A DNA stretch of 28,982 nucleotides, taken from NCBI GenBank assembly GCA_963663405.2, contig CAXXSM010000102.1:1-28982 (forward strand), written 5' to 3'. Below, in pieces: positions 16,435 to 25,697 of the stretch. Source of the DNA: a bacterium. Its GTDB lineage: Bacteria > Hinthialibacterota > Hinthialibacteria > Hinthialibacterales > Hinthialibacteraceae. The position numbers and the translations under genes are program-made. The notes under the pieces were generated by a model. The model ran no database searches. It saw nothing but the letters and a program-made list of their open reading frames with translations, and was not told the origin of the DNA. Numbering within the stretch: the stretch's first letter is position 1; each line of letters begins with the position of its first letter.

Positions 16435-18123
16435 GTGAAGCGCAATCAAATTCATATATGGATCTTAATCGTATGGACCGTTTTGTTGGGAGGTGGATAC
16501 GCCAACGCCGATTATGAGCCGGTTTATGCGAAAAATGGACTCGTTGTGGCGCCGGAACCGAACGCGGCCCATGTTGGGTTGGAAGTGTTGAAGCGTGGGG
16601 GGAACGCGTTTGACGCCGCGGCGGCGGTTGGATTCGCCCTGACGGTTACGTATCCAGCGGCGGGTAATATCGGTGGCGGGGGATTCCTTGTCGCGCTGAC
16701 GAAGGATGGGAAGCGGGTGTTTCTCGATTTCCGGGAGACGGCGCCTGCGGCGGCTTCTCGGACGATGTACCTGGATGAAAAGGGAGAGATAGTCAAAGGG
16801 AGCAGCACTGATACTTTATTGGCGGTGGGAACGCCGGGAACGGTTCATGGCCTTCTCCAGGCGCAGGGCGATTATGGAAACTTGACGCGGGAAGAGATTC
16901 TCGCAGGAGCGATCCATCTGGCCGAGGATGGATTTTCCGTTCCTTATCCGCTGACCCGATCCTTGCGGCATAATAAGAAACGTCTCAGCAAATTCGCTTC
17001 GACCAAGGCTCTGTTCTATCCGGACGGGGAAGCGCTTCCCTTCGGTTATATATTCAAACAGCCCGATCTGGCGTGGACATTGAAAGCGATCCGTGATAAG
17101 GGAACCGCTGGATTCTATGAGGGACACGTCGCGGACCGGCTTGTTTCGTATATGGAGGAACATGGGGGGATCATCACACATGATGATCTTAAAGGCTATA
17201 CATCAAAATACCGCGAACCGGTTGTATTTACCTATAAAAATTACGAACTGATCACGCCGTCTCTACCGAGTTCTGGGGGGATTACGCTTGCGCAGATTTT
17301 AAAACTTGTGGAACCGTTTCCCTTGAAAGAAATGGGGTATCATTCGGCGCGGTACGTTCACGCTGTGGTGGAGGCGGAGCGGTTGGCTTTCGCGGATCGC
17401 AATCATTATTTGGGGGATGCGGATTTTGTGTCCGTTCCAGTGGAAGAATTGATCTCCGATCGCTATCTCAAACAACGCGGGAAACGCATTCCAAAAACGA
17501 AAGCGGGCCGCAGCCACCGGGTAGGGCCGGGCCGCGTGGAAGCGAAAGACACAACGCATTACTGTATCGTCGACCGGGATCGCAACGTCGCCGCCGTGAC
17601 GTATACGCTCAATGGGAGTTACGGCATGGGCGCGGTTGTGGAGGGCGCGGGATTTCTATTGAATAACGAGATGGATGATTTCGCCGCCAAACCGGGGCAG
17701 GCCAATATGTTCGGTCTCGTTCAAGGAGAAGCGAACGCGATTGAACCGGGAAAGCGGATGCTATCCTGCATGACTCCCACTATCGTCACAAAAAATGGCC
17801 AGTTCGAATTCACGATCGGCACGCCCGGCGGCCCAACAATCATTACAACCGTCGCGCAGATTTTTCTCAACATGACGGAAATGGGAATGAACGTCCGCAG
17901 CGCCATCGACGCCCCGCGCTTCCACCATCAATGGCTGCCGGATGAGATCAAGCATGAGCCTTTCGCGTTCTCGCCCGATACACGAAAAAAACTTCGCGCG
18001 ATGGGATACACAATGAAAGAATCCAACCAAATCGGCTCCGCCGCAGGGATTCAATCCGCGACGGAGGGATTGATTTCCGGGTATTACGATGGACGGGGGT
18101 ATGGAGTGGCTTTGGGGTATTGA
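16435..18123 (+). CDS. ggt: Gamma-glutamyltransferase, exported
   Basis: Signal peptide, GGNAFDAA, GNIGGGGF, DFRETAP, autocleavage Thr in DTTH, LNNEMDDF, PGKRMLS, GTPGG, PRFHHQWLPD. Confidence 0.95.
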   Translation: MKRNQIHIWILIVWTVLLGGGYANADYEPVYAKNGLVVAPEPNAAHVGLEVLKRGGNAFDAAAAVGFALTVTYPAAGNIGGGGFLVALTKDGKRVFLDFRETAPAAASRTMYLDEKGEIVKGSSTDTLLAVGTPGTVHGLLQAQGDYGNLTREEILAGAIHLAEDGFSVPYPLTRSLRHNKKRLSKFASTKALFYPDGEALPFGYIFKQPDLAWTLKAIRDKGTAGFYEGHVADRLVSYMEEHGGIITHDDLKGYTSKYREPVVFTYKNYELITPSLPSSGGITLAQILKLVEPFPLKEMGYHSARYVHAVVEAERLAFADRNHYLGDADFVSVPVEELISDRYLKQRGKRIPKTKAGRSHRVGPGRVEAKDTTHYCIVDRDRNVAAVTYTLNGSYGMGAVVEGAGFLLNNEMDDFAAKPGQANMFGLVQGEANAIEPGKRMLSCMTPTIVTKNGQFEFTIGTPGGPTIITTVAQIFLNMTEMGMNVRSAIDAPRFHHQWLPDEIKHEPFAFSPDTRKKLRAMGYTMKESNQIGSAAGIQSATEGLISGYYDGRGYGVALGY

Positions 18124-18215
18124 TATGGAGTCGTAAAATATATGTTTTAAAATCTTAGATTTTGTAAGATGGATCGTGTCCATGATTCCATAATGGATCG
18201 ATGTTAGTAAGTATA

Positions 18216-18242
18216 GCGGGCGGGGACGCCCGCGCTCCATTG
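18216..18242 (-). repeat. REP-like hairpin (TGGAGCGCGGGCGTCCCCGCCCGC)
   Basis: Same motif as at 9641-9669, 9939-9964 and 11974-11996; GCGGGCG stem. Confidence 0.75.
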
Positions 18243-18630
18243 GATGTGACGTATGTTTTGGTATCCTTTAGGCGCCCTGTCGGGGCTTTTTCTTTATAGC
18301 TGGTTTGTGGAAACCCGTTGGTATCGGATTCACCGGAAACGGTTGGAACTCACTGGGGTTTCCATACCCTCTTTGCGGATTCTTCATCTCTCTGATTTTC
18401 ATTTCTTCCGGCCGGATAAAGCGGTAGTGGTGTAGATTAGTCGCAGCCTTTCCTCGTAATTATCTCTTCGTCATAGAACCATCCAAAATCAATCATATCA
18501 AGAGGTTGCGGGTAGTGTGCCTCTTATTTTCGTTCATTAACATGTCAACTATATATGTCGTATAGAAATCGTATATACGTCGGATATCAATAAAAATAAG
18601 AATATATTAATAATAAAACGTCATATATAG

Positions 18631-18659
18631 TTGACACTTTGCGCCTTCATGAGTATAAT
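18631..18659 (+). promoter_or_regulatory. Consensus sigma70 promoter of IS orfA
   Basis: TTGACA-17 nt-TATAAT, both boxes exact; the -35 lies within one arm of a 15-bp perfect inverted repeat (18543-18557 / 18622-18636). Confidence 0.85.
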
Positions 18660-18694
18660 TCCTTATGCTTGAATCCGCCCATGGGAGTGAACCG

Positions 18695-19156
18695 ATGAAC
18701 GAAACGAAATCGCAGTTCCTCGCAAAAGAAGGCCTCTTAAATCCAAAGCCGGAGCGAATCTCTTCCCCCCTGTTCCAAACTCTTGATTTCTTCGATCCCT
18801 TCGACCTGCCCCAGGTTCGATATGAGATGCTTCGCGCGGCTCGAAGTGACACGATGTCTGTGGCTGAAGCCTGCCGCCTCTTTGGGTTCTCCAGGGAGTA
18901 TTTCTACCGGCTCGAACGGATGTTCATGCAGCGGGGCTACGTGGCTTTACTTGGCTCCTCCATGGGCCGCCGCCCCCTCCTCGCTCTCAACCAAGAGATT
19001 GTCAACTTCATCATTCACCGGAAACTCGAACAACCTCACTTGTCGGGAGAGAACTTGCGGCAAGAAATCTTACGCCTCTATAAAGTGGATTGTTCACGCC
19101 GGACCGTCGAACGGATTGTGGAAAAGACGGGTCTGAGTAAAAAAGGGCTCCGCTGA
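18695..19156 (+). CDS. IS orfA, helix-turn-helix DNA-binding protein
   Basis: FFDPFDLPQVRYEMLR, HTH SVAEACRLFGFSREYFYRL, second HTH-like region ending CSRRTVERIV. ATG 18695 follows GGGAG; alternative 18665. Confidence 0.85.
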   Translation: MNETKSQFLAKEGLLNPKPERISSPLFQTLDFFDPFDLPQVRYEMLRAARSDTMSVAEACRLFGFSREYFYRLERMFMQRGYVALLGSSMGRRPLLALNQEIVNFIIHRKLEQPHLSGENLRQEILRLYKVDCSRRTVERIVEKTGLSKKGLR

Positions 19157-19158
19157 CA

Positions 19159-20319
19159 TTGGCCTTGGAAGTGAACGCGGGAGACTGTCCTCACCAGGTG
19201 TTCTTTGAAGACGAGGATCAGGCCCAGGGACTCTATGAGAAAGCGCGTAAGGCCGCCCTTAACCAACGGTATCGGATAGACAAGCGTCTCCGGAAAACCC
19301 TGACCATCCATGGCGTAGCTGGTTTATTCCTTGATCCCGAACGAATTTTTTTGAGGGCCTCCCCATCCCGAACGTCTCCACGGAAAAACACCGCGTTGCA
19401 TCATACGCGTCTTTCGGAAGAACGGTTTGCCACCATTGCCCGATCCCTTGCGGAAGGGGTGGGGATCTCGCCCACGGCGCGCATTCAAAACGTGAACAAG
19501 AAAACCGTTCTCATGGTGTTGGCGAAAGCCGGGGCGCATGCTGTCAAGGTCAACCGCGCTCTCCTCGTGAAGGCGAACGTCTCTGAATGTCAGCTGGATG
19601 AAATGTGGTCTTTCGTCGGGAAAAAGGAGAAAAACCTGGAGCCGTTCGAGAAACTTCAGCGCGTGTTCGGCGACGCCTGGATTTGGATTGCTTTCGATGC
19701 CGTCAACAAGGTCGTTCTCGCGCATGTCATTGGGAAACGAACGTTGCCTTCCGCCGTCGCCCTGGTTGAAGAGGTGAAACGAGTCACCGTATCCATGCCC
19801 GATCTGTTCTCCTCCGATCAACTGGATCATTATGCCAATGCGTTGCTTCAAGTCTATGGAACATGGGTCCAGCCTTACCGGAAACCGGGACCGGGAAGAC
19901 CCCCGCATCCTCGACTCGTTCCTCCGAACGATCTGGTGTACGTTCACGTCGTGAAACGCTACAAACAATACAAAGTGGTTGAAGTCACACGAAAGGTAAT
20001 TTTTGGCGATCCGGCAAGAGTGGAAACGATTCTGGCGGCATCCAAAGTCAGCCGGACAATCAACACATCCTACGTGGAGAGAAATAACGGGATCATTCGT
20101 CACATGGATTCACGGTGCGTACGCAAATCGCTCCGATTCTCCAAATCCATGAAAAACCACCACCATCAACTCGCGTTGACTCTTGCCTATTACCACTTAT
20201 GTAAACCACACGGAACATTGACCAAGCGGCATGGAAAATCCACGACTCCCTTCATGGCCGCGAATCTGACCGATCACGTCTGGAGCATGGGGGAACTCCT
20301 GAGATTCACCAATTTTTGA
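19159..20319 (+). CDS. IS1-family DDE transposase (frame open from 19141; possibly fused to orfA)
   Basis: HTH LAEGVGISPTARIQNVNKKTV, QLDEMWSFVGKK, WIWIAFD, GKRT, SSDQ, NTSYVERNN..IR..RK.LRFSK, TPFMAANLTDHVWS. Confidence 0.9.
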   Translation: MALEVNAGDCPHQVFFEDEDQAQGLYEKARKAALNQRYRIDKRLRKTLTIHGVAGLFLDPERIFLRASPSRTSPRKNTALHHTRLSEERFATIARSLAEGVGISPTARIQNVNKKTVLMVLAKAGAHAVKVNRALLVKANVSECQLDEMWSFVGKKEKNLEPFEKLQRVFGDAWIWIAFDAVNKVVLAHVIGKRTLPSAVALVEEVKRVTVSMPDLFSSDQLDHYANALLQVYGTWVQPYRKPGPGRPPHPRLVPPNDLVYVHVVKRYKQYKVVEVTRKVIFGDPARVETILAASKVSRTINTSYVERNNGIIRHMDSRCVRKSLRFSKSMKNHHHQLALTLAYYHLCKPHGTLTKRHGKSTTPFMAANLTDHVWSMGELLRFTNF

Positions 20320-21077
20320 CTTGCAATTAATATGGACCACTACCGATAAAGCGAAGTCGCAGTTATTTCAACGATTAGCAAACGAGCCGGTTGATTTTAT
20401 TTTTATGACAGGTGATCTGATCGATAACGATCATGGAACCGGGCCTTGCCTGGATGCGCTAAAACCTTTCCAGGCACAATATGGTATCTATACGGTGCTT
20501 GGTAATCACGATTATTCGTGCGTAACGCTGCGCGATCATTTTCTCTCAACGGATGAGTCGCGGTTATCACTGCGCAAGGCGTCAAACAATGTGGAGAGAT
20601 TGATTGAGGGATTGCAGGAGATGGGGATTGTAGTATTGCGGAACGAGCGGCGGGAAATCGAGATTGACGGCGTTCCGATTTCGATCGCGGGCGTTGATGA
20701 TCCCTATACGTTCCGCGATGATATACAACAAACGTTTGATGGCTTTGAAAAACATGGACCGTTGTTCGTTCTCGTCCATTCGCCGGACCGGCATAATGAA
20801 TTAATGGACGTTAACGCGGATATGGTTTTTTCCGGACACACGCATGGGGGGCAGGTGCAGGCTCCATTCATCGGTCCGATCGTTACCCGCACGTCTGCGG
20901 ATCGTTGCTTCGCCGATGGATTGATCCATCGAAATGGCACAGTGTTTCATACGACGCGCGGTGTCGGAAGTGGCCGCATCGCCCGGCCCCGATTTTTCTG
21001 CCGGCCGGAAGTGACGTTTTTTGAAGTTCATTTTCAATCTGCGGCAGGCGATTCGATATAAGTAAGGGAGGATTTGA

Positions 21078-22064
21078 ATGGCGTTATTGAACCGTACAAT
21101 CACCGGTCCAGAACATGGTGGTGTCCTTGATCCAATCGTGACTCAATTTCTTAAAGAGATAGAAGCCCAAAATGCGCCTCCACTCGAAACGCTTCCTCTT
21201 GCGGAGGCGCGGCAAGGCTGCAAAGGGAATATCTTACCAAATGGGAGGGAACTGGAATCCCTCGCCAAAGTGGAAGACCGTATAATTAAACGTGACGGCG
21301 GCTCATTCTCCGTGCGGCTCTATATCCCAGAAGGTGAAGGGCCATTTCCGGTTTTGATCTACTATCATGGCGGCGGGTGGGTGTTGTGCGGTGTTGACAC
21401 ACATGAATCCGCCACCTGTTCTCTGGCGAACGTGACACAATGTATTGTGGCCGCGGTGGAGTATCGTCTCGCGCCGGAGCATAAATTTCCCATCCCTGCG
21501 GAAGACGCCTATTCGGCCCTGCAATGGGTGTATGAAAACGCGGCGGATTTCGAAGGCGATCCCAAACGAATCGCCGTTGGAGGTGACAGCGCGGGAGGGA
21601 ACTTATCGACGGTAATGTGTTTGATGACACGAGACCGGAAAGGTCCAGCGATATGCCATCAATTGCTCATCTATCCAGTCACCGATCTTTCGTCGTTTGA
21701 CCGGCGATCGTATAGCGAATACGCGAAGGGCTTTTTTTTAACCCGCGCAATGATGGTCTGGTTCCGGGATTGTTATTTGTGGGATGAAGCCGATCGGAAA
21801 AACATTTATGCCTCCCCCCTGCTCGCGGAGGATCTGAGCGGATTGCCTCCCGCGCATTTTGTAATGGCGGAATTCGATCCACTCTTCGATGAGGGGGAGG
21901 CTTATGCCGAACGGTTAATCGAAGCGGGAGTTTCCGTCAAATTCTCGCAGTACAATGGACTCATTCACGGATTCATCAACCGGGGGAGCGTTATTCCTCA
22001 TGCGAAACAAGCGATTAAAGAAGCTGCGGCCGAATTACGCAAAGCGTTTGATTCTTTAGGTTGA
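21078..22064 (+). CDS. Alpha/beta hydrolase, HSL-family esterase/lipase
   Basis: HGGGW, YRLAPEHKFP, GDSAGG, FDPLFDEG, IHGF; RBS GGGAGG. Confidence 0.95.
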   Translation: MALLNRTITGPEHGGVLDPIVTQFLKEIEAQNAPPLETLPLAEARQGCKGNILPNGRELESLAKVEDRIIKRDGGSFSVRLYIPEGEGPFPVLIYYHGGGWVLCGVDTHESATCSLANVTQCIVAAVEYRLAPEHKFPIPAEDAYSALQWVYENAADFEGDPKRIAVGGDSAGGNLSTVMCLMTRDRKGPAICHQLLIYPVTDLSSFDRRSYSEYAKGFFLTRAMMVWFRDCYLWDEADRKNIYASPLLAEDLSGLPPAHFVMAEFDPLFDEGEAYAERLIEAGVSVKFSQYNGLIHGFINRGSVIPHAKQAIKEAAAELRKAFDSLG

Positions 22065-22128
22065 TTAGGCTGAAGGGATTGATTTGAGTGGGGATTCTTT
22101 CAACGTGTATTTGTAGGAGGTGATGAGT

Positions 22129-23322
22129 GTGGCGGTGTTGATTGATATGCCGAAATTGAGCGATACCATGACGGAAGGACGGATTCTCTCTTGGTATAAG
22201 AGTGAAGGCGATCGTGTTGACGCAGGGGATGCGATCGCCGAGATTGAATCCGATAAAGCCGCCATGGAATTGGAATGTTTCGAAGAAGGAACATTGCTGA
22301 AGATACTCGTTCCAAGTGATACGGATGTTCCAATCGGCGATCCAATCGCTATCATCGGGCAACCGGGAGAAGATACTGATGCGATTCTGAAAGAAGCCTT
22401 GGAAAAGAAAGAGTCATCACCGCCGCTCGTTGAAGAGAAAGAAGCAAACACGAAATTGGCGCGATCGCAAGAGAACCGCGTGGAAAAACTTCGCGTCTCT
22501 CCATCCGCCCGGCGGTTGGCGAAGGAACGCGGGATTGATCTCAATCATGTCCAAGGGACCGGGCCGGATGGACGAATCATTAAACAAGATATTGACACCT
22601 ATCTAGAACGGGCCGGTTCAACTGAAACTGAATCTGATTCCACTGGCTTTACAGATGTTCCACTCTCCTCCATTCGCGCGGTGATCGCAGAGCGGCTGCC
22701 GCAGAGCCTAGGGCCCGTTCCACATTACTATTTGGAAATCGATGTGGACGCGGCTCCTTTACTCACGTGGAAAGATCGATGCCAAGACGCGGACAAGGAA
22801 ACAAAAATCACGGTCACCGATCTCTTGATTCAAGCCTGCGCGACGGCGTTACAGCGATATCCCTATGTCAACGGCCGGTTTGTTGGAAACGCCGTCCGCT
22901 TATCCAGCACGGTGAATATCGCTTTGGCGGTATCCACGGAAGCTGGTCTTCTGGCGCCAACGCTTCATTCCTGTGAGAGCAAATCGATCTCTGAAATTGC
23001 GTGGGAACGCTCCCGTCTGGTTGAGAAAGCCCATCAAGGGAAGTTGTCTCCTGATGAGATGGCAAACGGGACATTTACAATCAGCAATCTAGGAATGATG
23101 GGCATCCCCCGATTCAGCGCGGTAATCAATCCACCCCAGGCGGCTATCCTCGCTGTGGGATCGATCCGGGATGAAGCCGTTGTGGAAGAGGGGCGGATCG
23201 TGGCGGGAAAACGTATGGGATTGACGCTTTCCTGTGACCACCGTGTCTTTGACGGCGCGGAAGGCGCAAAATTTTTATCATGTTTGAAGGAACTGCTTGA
23301 AAAGTCTAAAGATAATAGTTGA
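22129..23322 (+). CDS. pdhC: Dihydrolipoamide acyltransferase (E2, PdhC-like), one lipoyl domain
   Basis: MPKLSDTMTEG, lipoyl site ESDKA, E3-binding SPSARRLA..GTGPDGRI, TISNLG, DHRVFDG. GTG 22129 is 8 nt after AGGAGG; the ORF track starts at 22120. Confidence 0.88.
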   Translation: MAVLIDMPKLSDTMTEGRILSWYKSEGDRVDAGDAIAEIESDKAAMELECFEEGTLLKILVPSDTDVPIGDPIAIIGQPGEDTDAILKEALEKKESSPPLVEEKEANTKLARSQENRVEKLRVSPSARRLAKERGIDLNHVQGTGPDGRIIKQDIDTYLERAGSTETESDSTGFTDVPLSSIRAVIAERLPQSLGPVPHYYLEIDVDAAPLLTWKDRCQDADKETKITVTDLLIQACATALQRYPYVNGRFVGNAVRLSSTVNIALAVSTEAGLLAPTLHSCESKSISEIAWERSRLVEKAHQGKLSPDEMANGTFTISNLGMMGIPRFSAVINPPQAAILAVGSIRDEAVVEEGRIVAGKRMGLTLSCDHRVFDGAEGAKFLSCLKELLEKSKDNS

Positions 23323-23330
23323 TCGCTGTT

Positions 23331-23499
23331 TTGTATGAATTCGGTAAAACCGGGTATCCGCAAGGATTGTATAAGAGAGATGAAAAGGATAAGCAGGATA
23401 ATAAACCTGAATCACAAATATTACCTTTCGATAATCAATATCAACCTTCTAACACTTATCCTGAATATCCTAACAATCCTGTCTATCCTGATTCAGACA
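23331..23499. repeat. Degenerate copy of the TTGTCTGAA palindromic repeat between E2 and lpdA
   Basis: TTGTATGAAT left end, GGATAA units, right arm TATCCTGAA TATCCTAAC AATCCTGTC TATCCTGAT TCAGACA. Confidence 0.75.
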
Positions 23500-23586
23500 G
23501 AAATTCTCTATGAAAAATTACTAGACAGCAATTTTTTCTAATTAATATTAATCATTGATCTACTTTTTTTATAAACGAGTGACCAA

Positions 23587-24987
23587 ATGAATGATTCAAA
23601 ACAAGTGGATTTAGCCGTCATCGGCGCGGGGCCCGGTGGGTATGTGGCCGCGATTCGCGCCTCTCAATTGGGGATGAAAACCACGATCATTGAGCGGGAC
23701 CGTCCAGGTGGATTGTGCCTGAATTGGGGCTGTATTCCAAGCAAATCGCTTCTAAAGAGCGCGGAACTCTATGAATCCTTAAAAAAGGGGAGCGTATATG
23801 GGCTCAAGGTTGAGAATATCGGCTTTGACCTGGGCGCGATTGTGGATCGAAGCCGGAGTGTTTCTGAACGAATCGTAAAAGGTGTAGAGTATCTATTTAA
23901 AAAGTATAAGATCGAACACATCAAAGGAACCGCCTCTCTCCTCTCACCGAATGAACTCCGCGTTGAATCAGAGGGAAAAACCATCTCGATTCAGAGTGAG
24001 CGAATCCTAATCGCGACCGGCTCGCGTCCGAAAGATCTACCCGGTGTTAAACGGGATGGTGAGCGGATCATTTCGAGCAAAGAGGCGATGCTGTTGAAGA
24101 CTCTTCCCAATCGGTTAGCCGTGATCGGCGCCGGGGCGATAGGGATGGAATTCGCTTATTATTACAACTGCCTCGGTTCAAACGTGACGATTCTCGAAGC
24201 CCTCGACCGCGTTCTTCCGGTGGGGGATGATGAAATTTCCCAGTTGTTGGCAAAAACGTTCAAACGGAAAGGCGTCAAAATCGAAACCGGCGCCCGCGTC
24301 TCGTCGATTGAGCGTCAAGGCGATGAAGTTCACATTCAATATGAGATGGGTGAAACCAAGAAAGAACTGATCGCCGATATCACCCTCGTGGCGATCGGTG
24401 TAGAGCCGAATATCGATACGCTCGGACTGGACCGAGTTGGAATTCAAACATACAAACATGGAATCTCCGTCGATGAAAGGATGCGAACATCCATACCAGG
24501 AATCTATGCGATCGGCGATGTGATCGGCCCTCCCTGGCTGGCGCACGCCGCGTCCGCCGAGGGGATCCTTGCGGTGGAAGAAATGGCGGGAAAGAATCCA
24601 GCGCCGATCGATCATAATGCCATCCCCGGTTGTGTGTACTGCCACCCGGAAGCGGCGAGTGTTGGTTATACGGAACAAAAAGCGAAAGAGGCCGGGATCG
24701 AGTATACCGTTGGAAGATATGATTTCCGGGCCTGTGGGAGAGCGATCGCATCCGGCGATACGGACGGTTTTGTGAAACTGCTCTTCGATAGAAAAGACAA
24801 TACTCTTATTGGCGCGCATATCGTGGGGGGAGAAGCGACAGAGATGATCCACGAGCTCGTTCTTGGTATGAACGTCAACGCCACGGCGGAAACGATCGGA
24901 AAAACCATCCACGCTCATCCCACGCTAGGGGAATCGATCATGGAAGCGGCGCTCGACGCGATTGGAGAACGGATTCATGGCGCTTGA
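23587..24987 (+). CDS. lpdA: Dihydrolipoyl dehydrogenase (E3)
   Basis: GAGPGGYVAAIRA, GGLCLNWGCIPSK, GAGAIGMEFA, AIGD, HAHPTLGE. Confidence 0.96.
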   Translation: MNDSKQVDLAVIGAGPGGYVAAIRASQLGMKTTIIERDRPGGLCLNWGCIPSKSLLKSAELYESLKKGSVYGLKVENIGFDLGAIVDRSRSVSERIVKGVEYLFKKYKIEHIKGTASLLSPNELRVESEGKTISIQSERILIATGSRPKDLPGVKRDGERIISSKEAMLLKTLPNRLAVIGAGAIGMEFAYYYNCLGSNVTILEALDRVLPVGDDEISQLLAKTFKRKGVKIETGARVSSIERQGDEVHIQYEMGETKKELIADITLVAIGVEPNIDTLGLDRVGIQTYKHGISVDERMRTSIPGIYAIGDVIGPPWLAHAASAEGILAVEEMAGKNPAPIDHNAIPGCVYCHPEAASVGYTEQKAKEAGIEYTVGRYDFRACGRAIASGDTDGFVKLLFDRKDNTLIGAHIVGGEATEMIHELVLGMNVNATAETIGKTIHAHPTLGESIMEAALDAIGERIHGA

Positions 24988-25621
24988 GACCGTGATTTCC
25001 ATTCCTGCGCTGCGATGGGACGCGCCGGTTCCCTATTTAGATGCCGCGCGGCGCCAAGAAGAGTTGGTCGCGGAGAAGCGGGAAGCGCTGATTCTTTGCG
25101 AACATCCTCCTACGATTACACTAGGAACCTCGGCGAGACCGGAGGACCTGCATTTCCCGTCAGCGCATTATCAACGAAAGAATGTCCAAATCCACAAAAG
25201 CCCTCGTGGAGGGCGGGCGACGTATCATGGGCCGGGGCAGTTGGTCTGTTATCCCATTATCAATTTACGGGAACGAAATCGGACGATTCAGGAGCATTTG
25301 CGTTTCCTGGAAGAATTGATGATTGAGTTGTGTGAATCGTATCACATCCACGCTCATCGCATTGATGGCAAAGCGGGAGCGTGGGTAGAGGACCGGAAAA
25401 TCGGTTTTATTGGTGTGCGGGTGCGGCGCGGATTCGCGTTTCATGGCTTTTCGATTAATATAACGCCTCAAAAGGATGCATTTTGTTTAATTACGCCCTG
25501 TGGAATGCAGGATCTATGTGTTACATCTATCCAAGAAGAAAGTGGAGAGGCTCCAACCATTACAGAAGCGGCGGACCGGATCGAGGCGCGCTTTTTCGCA
25601 TTGGTGGAACGGAGCCAATGA
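24977..25621 (+). CDS. lipB: Lipoyl(octanoyl) transferase
   Basis: EHPPTITLG, RGGRATYHGPGQLVCYP, KIGFIG, HGFSIN, ITPCG; ATG 24977 follows GGAG and overlaps the lpdA stop. Confidence 0.93.
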   Translation: MALETVISIPALRWDAPVPYLDAARRQEELVAEKREALILCEHPPTITLGTSARPEDLHFPSAHYQRKNVQIHKSPRGGRATYHGPGQLVCYPIINLRERNRTIQEHLRFLEELMIELCESYHIHAHRIDGKAGAWVEDRKIGFIGVRVRRGFAFHGFSINITPQKDAFCLITPCGMQDLCVTSIQEESGEAPTITEAADRIEARFFALVERSQ

Positions 25622-25697
25622 TTTACAATTGAAGAATTGTGGCTCAGTGAGTACTATTGATAAACGTTTTTTATAATGAGTTTGTCTATTCCTATTC

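Larger units (their letters stand above)
18423..20344 (+). mobile_element. IS1-family insertion sequence, 1,922 bp
   Basis: Terminal IRs GGTAGTGGTGTAGATTAGTCGCAG and (reverse complement) GGTAGTGGTCCATATTAATTGCAA, 18/24 matches; 8-bp target duplication GATAAAGC at 18415-18422 and 20345-20352. Confidence 0.95.
18253..21061 (+). pseudogene. Calcineurin-like metallophosphoesterase (YkuE-type) interrupted by an IS; 292 aa when rejoined
   Basis: 5' part 18253-18422 ends ILHLSDFH..RPDKA; 3' part resumes in frame DKAKSQ with GDLID, GNHD, LVHSPD, SGHTHGGQ. Confidence 0.93.

Noticed and set aside
18520-18548. Outward-facing IS promoter from the minus-strand TTGACA
   Set aside because: No acceptable -10 at 16-18 nt spacing.
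19324-20103. 259-aa antisense ORF within the IS (likewise 24178..24918 opposite lpdA)
   Set aside because: Shadow ORFs opposite well-supported genes, with no recognisable domain.
20321-21061. Stand-alone 246-aa phosphoesterase
   Set aside because: Its first eight codons come from the IS right end, and it lacks the first DxH metal motif, which is in 18253-18422.
23319-23541. ORFs 23319..23513 and 23335..23541
   Set aside because: Translations of the same 9-nt periodic repeat (YPEYPNNPVYPDSD, ILNILTILSILIQT).
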